Positions 1 to 8,038 of a stretch of DNA of 64,000 bases are shown here, piece by piece. A program made the translations under genes and the position numbers. Position 1 is the stretch's first letter. Each line of letters starts with the position of its first letter. This DNA comes from Myxococcota bacterium. GTDB taxonomy: Bacteria; Myxococcota_A; UBA796; GCA-2862545. The notes under the pieces are model-generated. The model did no database searches. It worked only from the letters and a program-made list of their open reading frames with translations, and had not been told where the DNA came from. The stretch lies in contig JBCCQY010000031.1 of the NCBI GenBank assembly GCA_039208735.1, positions 1 to 64,000 of the forward strand. Reading direction: 5' to 3'.

Positions 1-65
1 CCAAGCAAGCCGTGCTCGATACGGCCGCATTCCGCAAGGACCAACCTCCGTTCTAAGCCGGCAGG

Positions 66-1442
66 CTACTCGAGCGGGACCAGTGCGGACTGACGGACCA
101 CGCGGACCCCTTCGGCAAGGCCATCCGCAAAGAACTGGCCGCGCCACACCTCGAAGGGTGTGGCGTCCTCACCCCGAGAGTAGGCCATCGTGAGACCGAC
201 CGTGCCCTCGCTCGGGAACTCGAGCGCGCCCTTCGGCAGCGCCTCGCCGAGTTCTGACTTCAGCCACTTGGCCAACCCCTCGATGTCGGCCCCCGCCGGC
301 ACGGTCCAAACTTGGTCCGTCGCGGCGCCGGGGGTCGCCACGATGGTCCAGGAAATGGTCGGGGTGAAAACCGAAACCGTCGCCGTCGCCCAATCGGGTG
401 CGGTTTCGAGGGCAAACTCCAGCCCCTCCTCCTCCTGCGTCACGGTCAAGCCAGGCGGGTCTTCCTCGTAGTTCTGACCCACTTCAAGCGTGGTGGGAGG
501 GGCATCGAGGAACACCGTTTCGGTATCGAACGAAGGCTGTCCGTCGATCGTGCGCCGGTTGGTGACCACGTAACGAGCCCCGGCTGGCGCGAGGCTGGTT
601 GGGATGGCGGGAATCCCTGGATCGTTGTTCGCCCCCGCAATGCTGAACGCTCCGTAGTCGGTCACGAGTGCGATCGAGCCTTGCTCCCCGCCTGGCGTCA
701 GGGTGACGTAGGCGGGGGGCGCAGCGTTGGCGCTATTGAAGTCGAGCGTGAGGGGCGGCGGCCCTGGGTCCTGGATGGCAATTGGACCCTCGAAGTACAC
801 CGCGCTCACCACCTCGTCCGCCCCGTACCGCTCCGCGAAGAGCGCGGTGGTGGTGTCCTCGACCGTATTGAAGTTCACGAACGAAGCGGGAATGCAGGTT
901 GCAAGCCAGGTGGTTCGTCCATAGCGAACAATGCCGCACCGGCCCGACTCAGGCCCACCGTCGTAAAGGCTGTCATCGACGTTCACGCGCGAAGTGAACT
1001 CGGGGCGGGGAGAACGGTCGGAACACCCCGGAAGGGTCAACCCGTCGCCATCGTCGGTCGAGCCTGCAAACACCGTGATCTGAGTCCCGGAGTCGCTGAC
1101 GCAGGCGGAGGCAATGGCAAAGCGGCCCGACACGCCGGTCTCGAGCGTGAATGCGTCGTTGCTCGCGAGCGTCCTTGTTTCCCAGCCCGTCTCGGTGAAG
1201 GTGGCGAACCAGTCGGGGGCGCGGAACCGGTCGAAGCCCAAAGGCGTCGCTCCTTCGAGGTAGGGCACCACGTCGACGGTGGAGGACGACGGCGAGGGCA
1301 TGCCCGTCTCTGGGTCCGGACGCCCGGTGTCGTCCGGTTCGACCATCATCGAATCGACAGGCTCAACCTCTTCATCTTCCTGATCACCGCTGCACCCGAT
1401 GGCCAACGCCACCCACCACAAGGTCGAACCGTGCTTCATCAC
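66..1442 (-). CDS. Hypothetical lipoprotein
   Basis: 458-aa ORF; N-terminus MKHGSTLWWVALAIG-C is lipobox-like, followed by an acidic/Pro linker; GGAGG upstream; no recognisable family. Confidence 0.75.
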   Translation of the reverse strand: MMKHGSTLWWVALAIGCSGDQEDEEVEPVDSMMVEPDDTGRPDPETGMPSPSSSTVDVVPYLEGATPLGFDRFRAPDWFATFTETGWETRTLASNDAFTLETGVSGRFAIASACVSDSGTQITVFAGSTDDGDGLTLPGCSDRSPRPEFTSRVNVDDSLYDGGPESGRCGIVRYGRTTWLATCIPASFVNFNTVEDTTTALFAERYGADEVVSAVYFEGPIAIQDPGPPPLTLDFNSANAAPPAYVTLTPGGEQGSIALVTDYGAFSIAGANNDPGIPAIPTSLAPAGARYVVTNRRTIDGQPSFDTETVFLDAPPTTLEVGQNYEEDPPGLTVTQEEEGLEFALETAPDWATATVSVFTPTISWTIVATPGAATDQVWTVPAGADIEGLAKWLKSELGEALPKGALEFPSEGTVGLTMAYSRGEDATPFEVWRGQFFADGLAEGVRVVRQSALVPLE

Positions 1443-1498
1443 GCCTCCCGCAGACTCTCCCGTACAACGCGGTTCGGCGAACTTGAATCACACGAACC

Positions 1499-1900
1499 TT
1501 ACGCGTCGGGCCGAGTGATGACGTACGCTGCGCTGGCCACCATAATCGCCGCCACGCCGACCCCCACAAACCACGGCGCGGTCAGGGCCGTGAACACCCC
1601 CGAAAGCGTCATTGATGCGACCGCGAGGATCTTGGCTCGACGGGGAATCGCCCCTCGAGCCCGCCACGCACGAAGCGAGGGTCCAAATCGGGGATGATCG
1701 AGCAACCATTGCTCCAAGCGCGGAGAGCTACGCGAAAAACATCCCGCAGCCAAGATGACGAACACCGTCGTGGGCAGGCCGGGCAACATGGCCCCGAGAA
1801 CGGCAAGGCCCAGCAGAGCGAAGCCCCCGGCGACGTAGATGCCGCGAACCACGGGAGCCTGGGTGCGCGAGGGAGCGGGAGAGGAAGTCGACACGTCCAT
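1499..1900 (-). CDS. YbaN/DUF454 family inner membrane protein
   Basis: Motif LPGLPTTVFVILAAGCFSRSSPRLEQWLLDHPRFGP..W...GAIPRRAK; start moved to the ATG at 1900. Confidence 0.85.
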   Translation of the reverse strand: MDVSTSSPAPSRTQAPVVRGIYVAGGFALLGLAVLGAMLPGLPTTVFVILAAGCFSRSSPRLEQWLLDHPRFGPSLRAWRARGAIPRRAKILAVASMTLSGVFTALTAPWFVGVGVAAIMVASAAYVITRPDA

Positions 1901-1962
1901 GTCGACCCGTACCCACTTGGGCGTGAGATGGTCGAAAAAGGCCAAACCGGAGGCCATGACCG

Positions 1963-2820
1963 ATGCCCACGATCGATGCCACGCTGGTCCGTTCCTTGCT
2001 CGCCGAACAGATGCCACAATGGAAAGGTCAACCCGTCGTTCCGGTGGTGCCGGGAGGATGGGACCATGTGAGCTTCCGCATCGGAACCGACAAGGTGGCT
2101 CGGTTCCCCCGGGCCCTGCACTATGCGCCACAGGTAGCCAAAGAGCATCGATGGCTTCCCGTGTTGGGGGCCGCGTTGCCGCTACCGATCCCCACTCCGT
2201 TGCACCAGGGGCAACCTGGCCAGGGCTACCCTTGGCCCTGGTCGGTCTACGCCTGGATCGACGGGCAGACCGCTGCCAAAGGCCCGATTGCAAACCCCAT
2301 TGGGTTCGCGCACAATCTCGTCACGTTCCTGACCGCCCTCAACGGCGTCGATCCAGCGGGTGGGCCCCGACCCGGGCTTCACAATTTCTTTCGGGGCGGC
2401 GCACTGGCGACCTACAATGGCGAAACGCGCGACGCCATCGATCAGCTGGGCGCTCGCATCGATGGCCGACGCGCCCTCGCCCTGTGGGAGCGTGCACTCG
2501 CCACCTCCTACACCAAGCCTCCGGTCTGTCTCCACGGCGACCTTTCGTCCACCAACCTTCTCGTTCGCGACGGACGACTGCATGCGGTCATCGACTTTGG
2601 GGGCACCGCGGTGGGTGATCCGGCGTGTGACCTCACGATCGCCTGGACCTTCCTCACGGGCGCAGCTCGCACGGCGTTTCAACAAGCCTGTCCATACGAT
2701 GAGCCGACATGGGCCCGGGCTCGTGGATCGGCGTTGTGGAAAGCCCTCATTCAGCTCGCGGAGCAAGAGAACGGCACGCCGCGGCGGATCCTCGACACCC
2801 TCATGGCCGAGGTGCCGTAG
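1963..2820 (+). CDS. Aminoglycoside phosphotransferase (APH/choline kinase-like) family protein
   Basis: GWDH..FR, HGDL..TNLL, VIDFG, GDPACDL motifs; GGAGG upstream. Confidence 0.9.
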   Translation: MPTIDATLVRSLLAEQMPQWKGQPVVPVVPGGWDHVSFRIGTDKVARFPRALHYAPQVAKEHRWLPVLGAALPLPIPTPLHQGQPGQGYPWPWSVYAWIDGQTAAKGPIANPIGFAHNLVTFLTALNGVDPAGGPRPGLHNFFRGGALATYNGETRDAIDQLGARIDGRRALALWERALATSYTKPPVCLHGDLSSTNLLVRDGRLHAVIDFGGTAVGDPACDLTIAWTFLTGAARTAFQQACPYDEPTWARARGSALWKALIQLAEQENGTPRRILDTLMAEVP

Positions 2821-2849
2821 GACGATAAACGCGCCGGAAGGCCGTTCGC

Positions 2850-3692
2850 CTACGGATCGAGGTCGAGTTCGTCCGCAAGGTTCCACTGCACGAGCTGGTC
2901 AAACACGTAGTACGCGGTCGGTGGATTCCCCACGGGACCCGATGTCATTTGCTCTCGGGTCAGACGAGGCGCGGTAATCTCATCCGCCGTTCCCTCGATG
3001 AACCCGGTTTCGTCCATTTCGAAGGCTCGCCAAAACGTCAGATGCCCGAAGGTTCCAGAGCGGTACGCACCGTCTTGGGCCCCCTGGGCATACAGCTCGG
3101 TGTCGATGCCCTCCGAGGCCAGTCGTCCTTCGAGGTCCGCATCTAAAGGTCCGCCGAGCAACGACATCGACCAATCCAACGAAGCCCAGTAGTCCTCCAT
3201 CGTGACCCCCTCGGGGTACTGCTCTCCGGTGAACTCCCGCTCTTCGCACTCGGAGAACACCTGCTTGACCCCCAAAGGGGTCTCAAGTCCAAACGGAATC
3301 GACAGGCGGAACAGCTCTTCGAGGTCTGGCTTCTTGTCGGCTTCGAAACCGGTCAGTCGCACCACAACCGAACACCGGTCTTTCGGGTCATCGCTGTCGA
3401 GGCCCTCCGCCACCGCCAACCGCATTTCGAACGCCGAAATGAACGTCTGGCCACCGAGCTGAATGTCGATGATCCTCTGTTCAACTGCATTCCAGGCGAT
3501 GAATGCGTTGATGCGCAGCTCACGCACGTACTTGGTGTCCTGCGCCATGAGCCCGCCTCCGGTATCGAAGGTGCTCGTCGTCGGACCGGGCGTAATCTCG
3601 GGAATCTCAGGAATGACCGGTTGACTCGGCTCGGGCTCGGACTGACAGGCCATCGTCAGGAACATCGCCACCATGCCGAACCACCGGGTCAT
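2850..3692 (-). CDS. Hypothetical lipoprotein
   Basis: AGGAGG then MTRWFGMVAMFLTMA-C; Pro/Glu linker; acidic body. Confidence 0.75.
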   Translation of the reverse strand: MTRWFGMVAMFLTMACQSEPEPSQPVIPEIPEITPGPTTSTFDTGGGLMAQDTKYVRELRINAFIAWNAVEQRIIDIQLGGQTFISAFEMRLAVAEGLDSDDPKDRCSVVVRLTGFEADKKPDLEELFRLSIPFGLETPLGVKQVFSECEEREFTGEQYPEGVTMEDYWASLDWSMSLLGGPLDADLEGRLASEGIDTELYAQGAQDGAYRSGTFGHLTFWRAFEMDETGFIEGTADEITAPRLTREQMTSGPVGNPPTAYYVFDQLVQWNLADELDLDP

Positions 3693-3822
3693 TTGTCCTC
3701 CTGGAAACCCACACGACACAGGACCTTAACAGATGTGAGGCTTCCTTCGTAGAGGCTCGACCTTTCGGATGCCTAGCATCGGGCCTCCGAGGTAAGGAAA
3801 GCACCAAGCAGGGGGGCCGCAC

Positions 3823-4368
3823 GTGCCATTCGAATCCCCAGGGGAGTGGGAGCCTCGTCCATATCGAGTTGGCGTGACCGGTCACCGGAACCTTGGGCCG
3901 GATGAACAAACGCATCACTACGTCCAGAACGCCTGCCACCGCTTGCTCGAGCCTCTGGTCGAATTGGGACGGCTCACGGGCGCAGGGGTTCACGCCTACA
4001 GCGCCTTGGCCACGGGTGCCGACACGCTCTTTGCCCATGCGGCACTCGAACTCGAGATTCCCCTCGTCGGCATCGTACCTTTCGCAGACTACGCCGACGA
4101 TTTCGAAGGGCCCGAACGGCAAACCTTCGACCACTTGATCGAACGGTGCATCGAGGTGATTCGGTTGCCCCGAAAACGTCGAACGAACCACGCCTACTTG
4201 GCCGCGGGAACCACGCTGGTCCAGCACGTTGACCTCGTCGTCGCAGTCTGGAACGGACTCCCCGCGAAGGGACTTGGCGGAACGGGCGATGTTGTCGCTT
4301 ATGCAGAACGGCGGGAGTGCCCTGTGGTGCGCATTGACCCTTCGGTCGCCGGGTCGTCGCCAAAGTAG
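3823..4368 (+). CDS. Stand-alone SLOG-superfamily (DprA/LOG/YspA-like Rossmannoid) protein
   Basis: Motifs VGVTGHR, ALATGAD, AYLAAG, LVVAVWNG..GGTGDVV. Confidence 0.75.
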   Translation: MPFESPGEWEPRPYRVGVTGHRNLGPDEQTHHYVQNACHRLLEPLVELGRLTGAGVHAYSALATGADTLFAHAALELEIPLVGIVPFADYADDFEGPERQTFDHLIERCIEVIRLPRKRRTNHAYLAAGTTLVQHVDLVVAVWNGLPAKGLGGTGDVVAYAERRECPVVRIDPSVAGSSPK

Positions 4369-6497
4369 GAGGTCCGACCCCAGGCCCACTCCTGCACCAA
4401 GAACCGGACCAAATCGATACGATCGTGCCGCTGGTTGTGTGAGTCCAGGTAGACCCACGGCACCATTGAGGGCCGAGTGCGCAACACGTTTGAGCGCTTG
4501 CCGTAGCGCCATCCCGCGGTGAGTCGTTCGCCCATCCAGCGATGGTGCTCCATCTGGGCCACCAACTGTGGGTCACGCCGCGCGGCGAGGAGTCCCGCCT
4601 CAAAGTCATCGACCGCGGCATCAATCGCCGCCTGCACGGCCTCCGCAGCGCTCTCGTTCGGACCGGCCACCGCATTCATAAGCGCAATGCGTTGTTGAAC
4701 CCGAGGCGCGAGCGTGAGGAACCGCTCGGCGTCGATGCGATGCCGCGACAACCGCGTGATCTGCTCGTCAATGTCGTCAGACAACAACTCGGGCAACACG
4801 CGAACCGCCCCTTCTGGCGGAAGCTTGCCGGGTTCGGTCAGCTCGATGCCCAGGGCCGCAAGCTTGACCACCGCATGCTGGGCCGCATCGAGGTTCGACA
4901 TCACAAAATCCGGATGACTCACCGCTCCCTCGAACGGCTCAATGCGCTTGTAGACCTGCCGCGCGCCTCGGGCATGCATGGCGAGATCGGGTCGCGTGAT
5001 GCGTTCGTACGACGTCACCTCGTCGCGCCTGCCAAATGGACGCATCGGGAATCGCTTCGCCGGCGTCGCCGTGGCTTCGCCCTCGAGCCGCCGGCGGTCG
5101 ATGACCGAGGCTAGGCCATGCTCCACGGGCAGGTAGATGTAGATCGGAATCGGACCGTCGGTGTAGCCTGCCTCCGCGGCGTGGTGAAACAGGGCGTGCT
5201 GAAGGTTGAGCGCGCTTTCGAAGCTCAACCGGTCTTCTTCGAAGCACACCACAATCGCCGCGCGTACCCGACGCCCTGCCGAACGCTGCAGCCGCTTCAA
5301 AATGGCGCCGGTCACCGCTTCGGACTGAATGTCGTGAGTGAGGGGAATCGATTCGGCGTTGACCGCGTACTCGACCGCATGGGTGGCGGGGTCGAACCGA
5401 TAGCGCTCGCTCACGGGGCGCCCGTGGCGCACGTCCCAGTCGTCGGCTTCGATGTGCTCGAATGCCTCGTTCGCAAGATCGAGGTGTGGAGGAGCAAAGC
5501 CCGGGTGGCGTTCCAAGAACTGTTCAAACGGTTGGTCGCTGCGCAGCGGAAACACCGTCAGCCGCGGTCGCACCAGCGAGCCGAAGTGCCCAAATCGAGC
5601 CAGATGTCGTGCGACCGACCGGCCGGTTGGGCCAAAGCCAAACACGAACAGATGAAACGGCTCCTTGGACTTGGGCACCGGCTGCAACGCGGCGTCCATA
5701 CCAAGGCCCCGTTCGGCATGAAAGAACAGGTCGCGCGCCGCAAGTTCTGGCTGGCTAAACGCATACAGTTCGATGTTCTTACCGTGCGCCGCCCACAGCC
5801 CATGGCGAGAGAGCGCTTGTTGACGACCTGCGCTGGCCAGGTGGACGTAGCACCGCAAGGGACCCAGCGTTCTCGAGCGACGCCAACGCCAGGACGCCTC
5901 GAGCAATGCCCCCGCAATCTCGACGTTGCGAGCATCATCGCCGGTAGCCACAAAGACCTCGCTCGCTTCGTGGAAGGGGATGCGGTCCTGGGTGGCCACA
6001 TCGGTCACGTTGCCCGTCACCACGAGCGTGCCGTGACGTCGCGCATCCTGCACGACCGGGCTTTCATCGTCCACCTCCACCGCCACCACCGGACGACGAG
6101 CCCGACGACGCTGGAGCTTCTCAACCAACGGGGCGCCAATCCAACCGAGCCCCACCACCACCGCGAGCTTCTTGCCCCCAACCGTCTGGTCAAAGCGATT
6201 GCGCAGCCACAGGTAGCGCTCCCGAACTGGGCCAAAGGCCTCGAGCACACGAGTTGCAGCCAGCAGCGCAAAGGCCACCGCGAACGGTCGAGCATACGCA
6301 TAAGCCACATTGGCCTGCGGAACGGTGTCGGGCTCCTCAAACGCCAACACCCCCGCCGCGTGATAGGCCAAGGCGGCAAATCCAAGGGGAGTCGCCGGAT
6401 AGGCAGGGGAAAGGCCGATGACAGCTAGAATATAGGCTGAAGTGTCCATTCCGATCGCCCACCAGATGAGCGGAATCCTCATCAGTGCCTGCATCAT
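4299..6497 (-). CDS. Membrane protein with two TrkA-N/RCK-like Rossmann domains and a C-terminal RyR domain (putative ligand-gated channel)
   Basis: N-terminal hydrophobic segments; VVVGLGWIG and VATGDDARN (RCK1); FVFGFGPTG (RCK2); SNLDAAQHAVVKL and AQMEHHRWMGERLTAGWRYG...MVPW (RyR). Confidence 0.8.
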   Translation of the reverse strand: MMQALMRIPLIWWAIGMDTSAYILAVIGLSPAYPATPLGFAALAYHAAGVLAFEEPDTVPQANVAYAYARPFAVAFALLAATRVLEAFGPVRERYLWLRNRFDQTVGGKKLAVVVGLGWIGAPLVEKLQRRRARRPVVAVEVDDESPVVQDARRHGTLVVTGNVTDVATQDRIPFHEASEVFVATGDDARNVEIAGALLEASWRWRRSRTLGPLRCYVHLASAGRQQALSRHGLWAAHGKNIELYAFSQPELAARDLFFHAERGLGMDAALQPVPKSKEPFHLFVFGFGPTGRSVARHLARFGHFGSLVRPRLTVFPLRSDQPFEQFLERHPGFAPPHLDLANEAFEHIEADDWDVRHGRPVSERYRFDPATHAVEYAVNAESIPLTHDIQSEAVTGAILKRLQRSAGRRVRAAIVVCFEEDRLSFESALNLQHALFHHAAEAGYTDGPIPIYIYLPVEHGLASVIDRRRLEGEATATPAKRFPMRPFGRRDEVTSYERITRPDLAMHARGARQVYKRIEPFEGAVSHPDFVMSNLDAAQHAVVKLAALGIELTEPGKLPPEGAVRVLPELLSDDIDEQITRLSRHRIDAERFLTLAPRVQQRIALMNAVAGPNESAAEAVQAAIDAAVDDFEAGLLAARRDPQLVAQMEHHRWMGERLTAGWRYGKRSNVLRTRPSMVPWVYLDSHNQRHDRIDLVRFLVQEWAWGRTSYFGDDPATEGSMRTTGHSRRSA

Positions 6498-6533
6498 TTG
6501 CCTCCGTCGAGCGCTTGCTTAGCACGCTCCCGA

Positions 6534-6561
6534 TTGACAGAGCTGGCGAAGGCGGTACCTT
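6534..6561 (+). promoter_or_regulatory. Putative sigma70-type promoter for the 6581-11915 operon
   Basis: TTGACA (6534-6539), 16-nt spacer, TACCTT (6556-6561), then GGAGGG and ATG at 6581. Confidence 0.45.
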
Positions 6562-6580
6562 TGGCGTCGCTGGAGGGCGC

Positions 6581-8038
6581 ATGTCTCGAACGGTCACCAG
6601 GCGCACCGTACTGCACGGTCTTGGCTCGACCGTCGTCGCGGTGGGAGGGACCACGCTCGGTGCATGTACAGGTCCAACCATCGAACACAGCACCGTGAGC
6701 ATCACCCCCACCGCGCCCGACGCTCTCGAGGAAGGTCTACCTGACGAAGCAGTTGTCGAGATGCAAAGCCTTCTTTTCGAGGCCGACCCCTTTTGGCGGC
6801 CCGAAAATCTGTCGATGGCACCGTCGGAGGCCAATCTTCGCGCAACACGACGCGCAGTAGTCCGCGAAGTGCGGGGCACGATTTGCCGAGAAGCCAATCC
6901 GCGGACCTATTTCCACTGGGCGAACCAAGACCTCGCATCGGTCGACTACCGGCACCTCGCGGTCGAGCCTCAGTTGAACGCTGCCTTTGATGACACGCCG
7001 TTCCGGTTGACCCATGCCCTGCTCGACCAGATGGCCAACGCCAATCACTTCGTGATTCGACCTCAAACCAGAAATCTCGTGATTTTCGGTCTGCGGGGCT
7101 GCGTCATCGAAGCCCGGGAGCCCGAAGTACGGGTTCGCGAGGCGCTGCCCGACCATCGAAACAACCGCTGCGTCCTGGGAGTATGGAATCCCGTCGCCCA
7201 GAGCGTCACCGTGTTCGACGGCTCCACCGTGCCCCTCGAACTGCACGCCGCCATCTACCAACAGTGGTACGCGGCGAATCCACGGCCGGCTGGCCGATGG
7301 CGCACGAACCTCATGCCGCAGGGGCTTCACGAAAAGAAAGTCGGCACAATGGCCATCGGCAGTACCGACCGCACGCATGCGCCGGGCGTCTTGCGTCAGT
7401 CGAGCCCCACCCCGGTCTTGCGCGAGCCCAACTCTCAAGCCAACGCGTTCACGACGTCGTCGACCTGGGACCCTCCCTGGGACAAAACCAGTGGCGTACC
7501 CGTGCCGCGCATTCCCTTGGTCGGCGACCACATTCACGCAAGCTACGCCCTCGAAGAGGCCTGCCTTAAGTTCTCATCGCAAGGCTGCCAGACCGTCCGG
7601 GGCTACTGCTGGACGCCCAAGCGCAACCTCAACCAAAAGAAGGTGAGCCGGGATTGGGCAAGCTTTCAACGGACGCTCGGCATCGGTGGCTTCAAACGGG
7701 CGGGCGGCACGTGGACGAGCCGCCAAGATGGTGAGCGGTTCCCGTTCCTGCTCCTTTCGGGGCGAGAGGCGCGCCTGCACGCAACCAACGCCCCCTTGGC
7801 CGCGCTGCAACGCATTCGCATCGGGTCGTCGGCCGACGAAGACCCCAACCACGTCGTACGCCAACTGCAAAAGGCCCTTGGCATGACGGAGGCTTCGGGC
7901 CTCTTCGATGGCGAAACGATGCTGCGGCTCCTCGATGCCCAACGGCGGTCCTCATCCTTGGCTCCCGATGGGGTCGTGGGACCGGCTACCGCAGCTCAAC
8001 TCGCGATCGAACTCAACGCTCCCATTCGGTTCAGCTGA
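6581..8038 (+). CDS. Tat-type lipoprotein with putative L,D-transpeptidase-like catalytic motif and C-terminal peptidoglycan-binding domain
   Basis: TRRTVL...LGAC signal; HIH-x13-SQGC motif; C-terminal VRQLQKALG..SGLFDGET...PDGVVGPAT (PG_binding_1-like). Confidence 0.65.
   Translation: MSRTVTRRTVLHGLGSTVVAVGGTTLGACTGPTIEHSTVSITPTAPDALEEGLPDEAVVEMQSLLFEADPFWRPENLSMAPSEANLRATRRAVVREVRGTICREANPRTYFHWANQDLASVDYRHLAVEPQLNAAFDDTPFRLTHALLDQMANANHFVIRPQTRNLVIFGLRGCVIEAREPEVRVREALPDHRNNRCVLGVWNPVAQSVTVFDGSTVPLELHAAIYQQWYAANPRPAGRWRTNLMPQGLHEKKVGTMAIGSTDRTHAPGVLRQSSPTPVLREPNSQANAFTTSSTWDPPWDKTSGVPVPRIPLVGDHIHASYALEEACLKFSSQGCQTVRGYCWTPKRNLNQKKVSRDWASFQRTLGIGGFKRAGGTWTSRQDGERFPFLLLSGREARLHATNAPLAALQRIRIGSSADEDPNHVVRQLQKALGMTEASGLFDGETMLRLLDAQRRSSSLAPDGVVGPATAAQLAIELNAPIRFS

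Noticed and set aside
1963..2820. Bona fide aminoglycoside resistance gene
   Set aside because: It only matches the broad APH/kinase family; there is no mobile context and substrate cannot be inferred.
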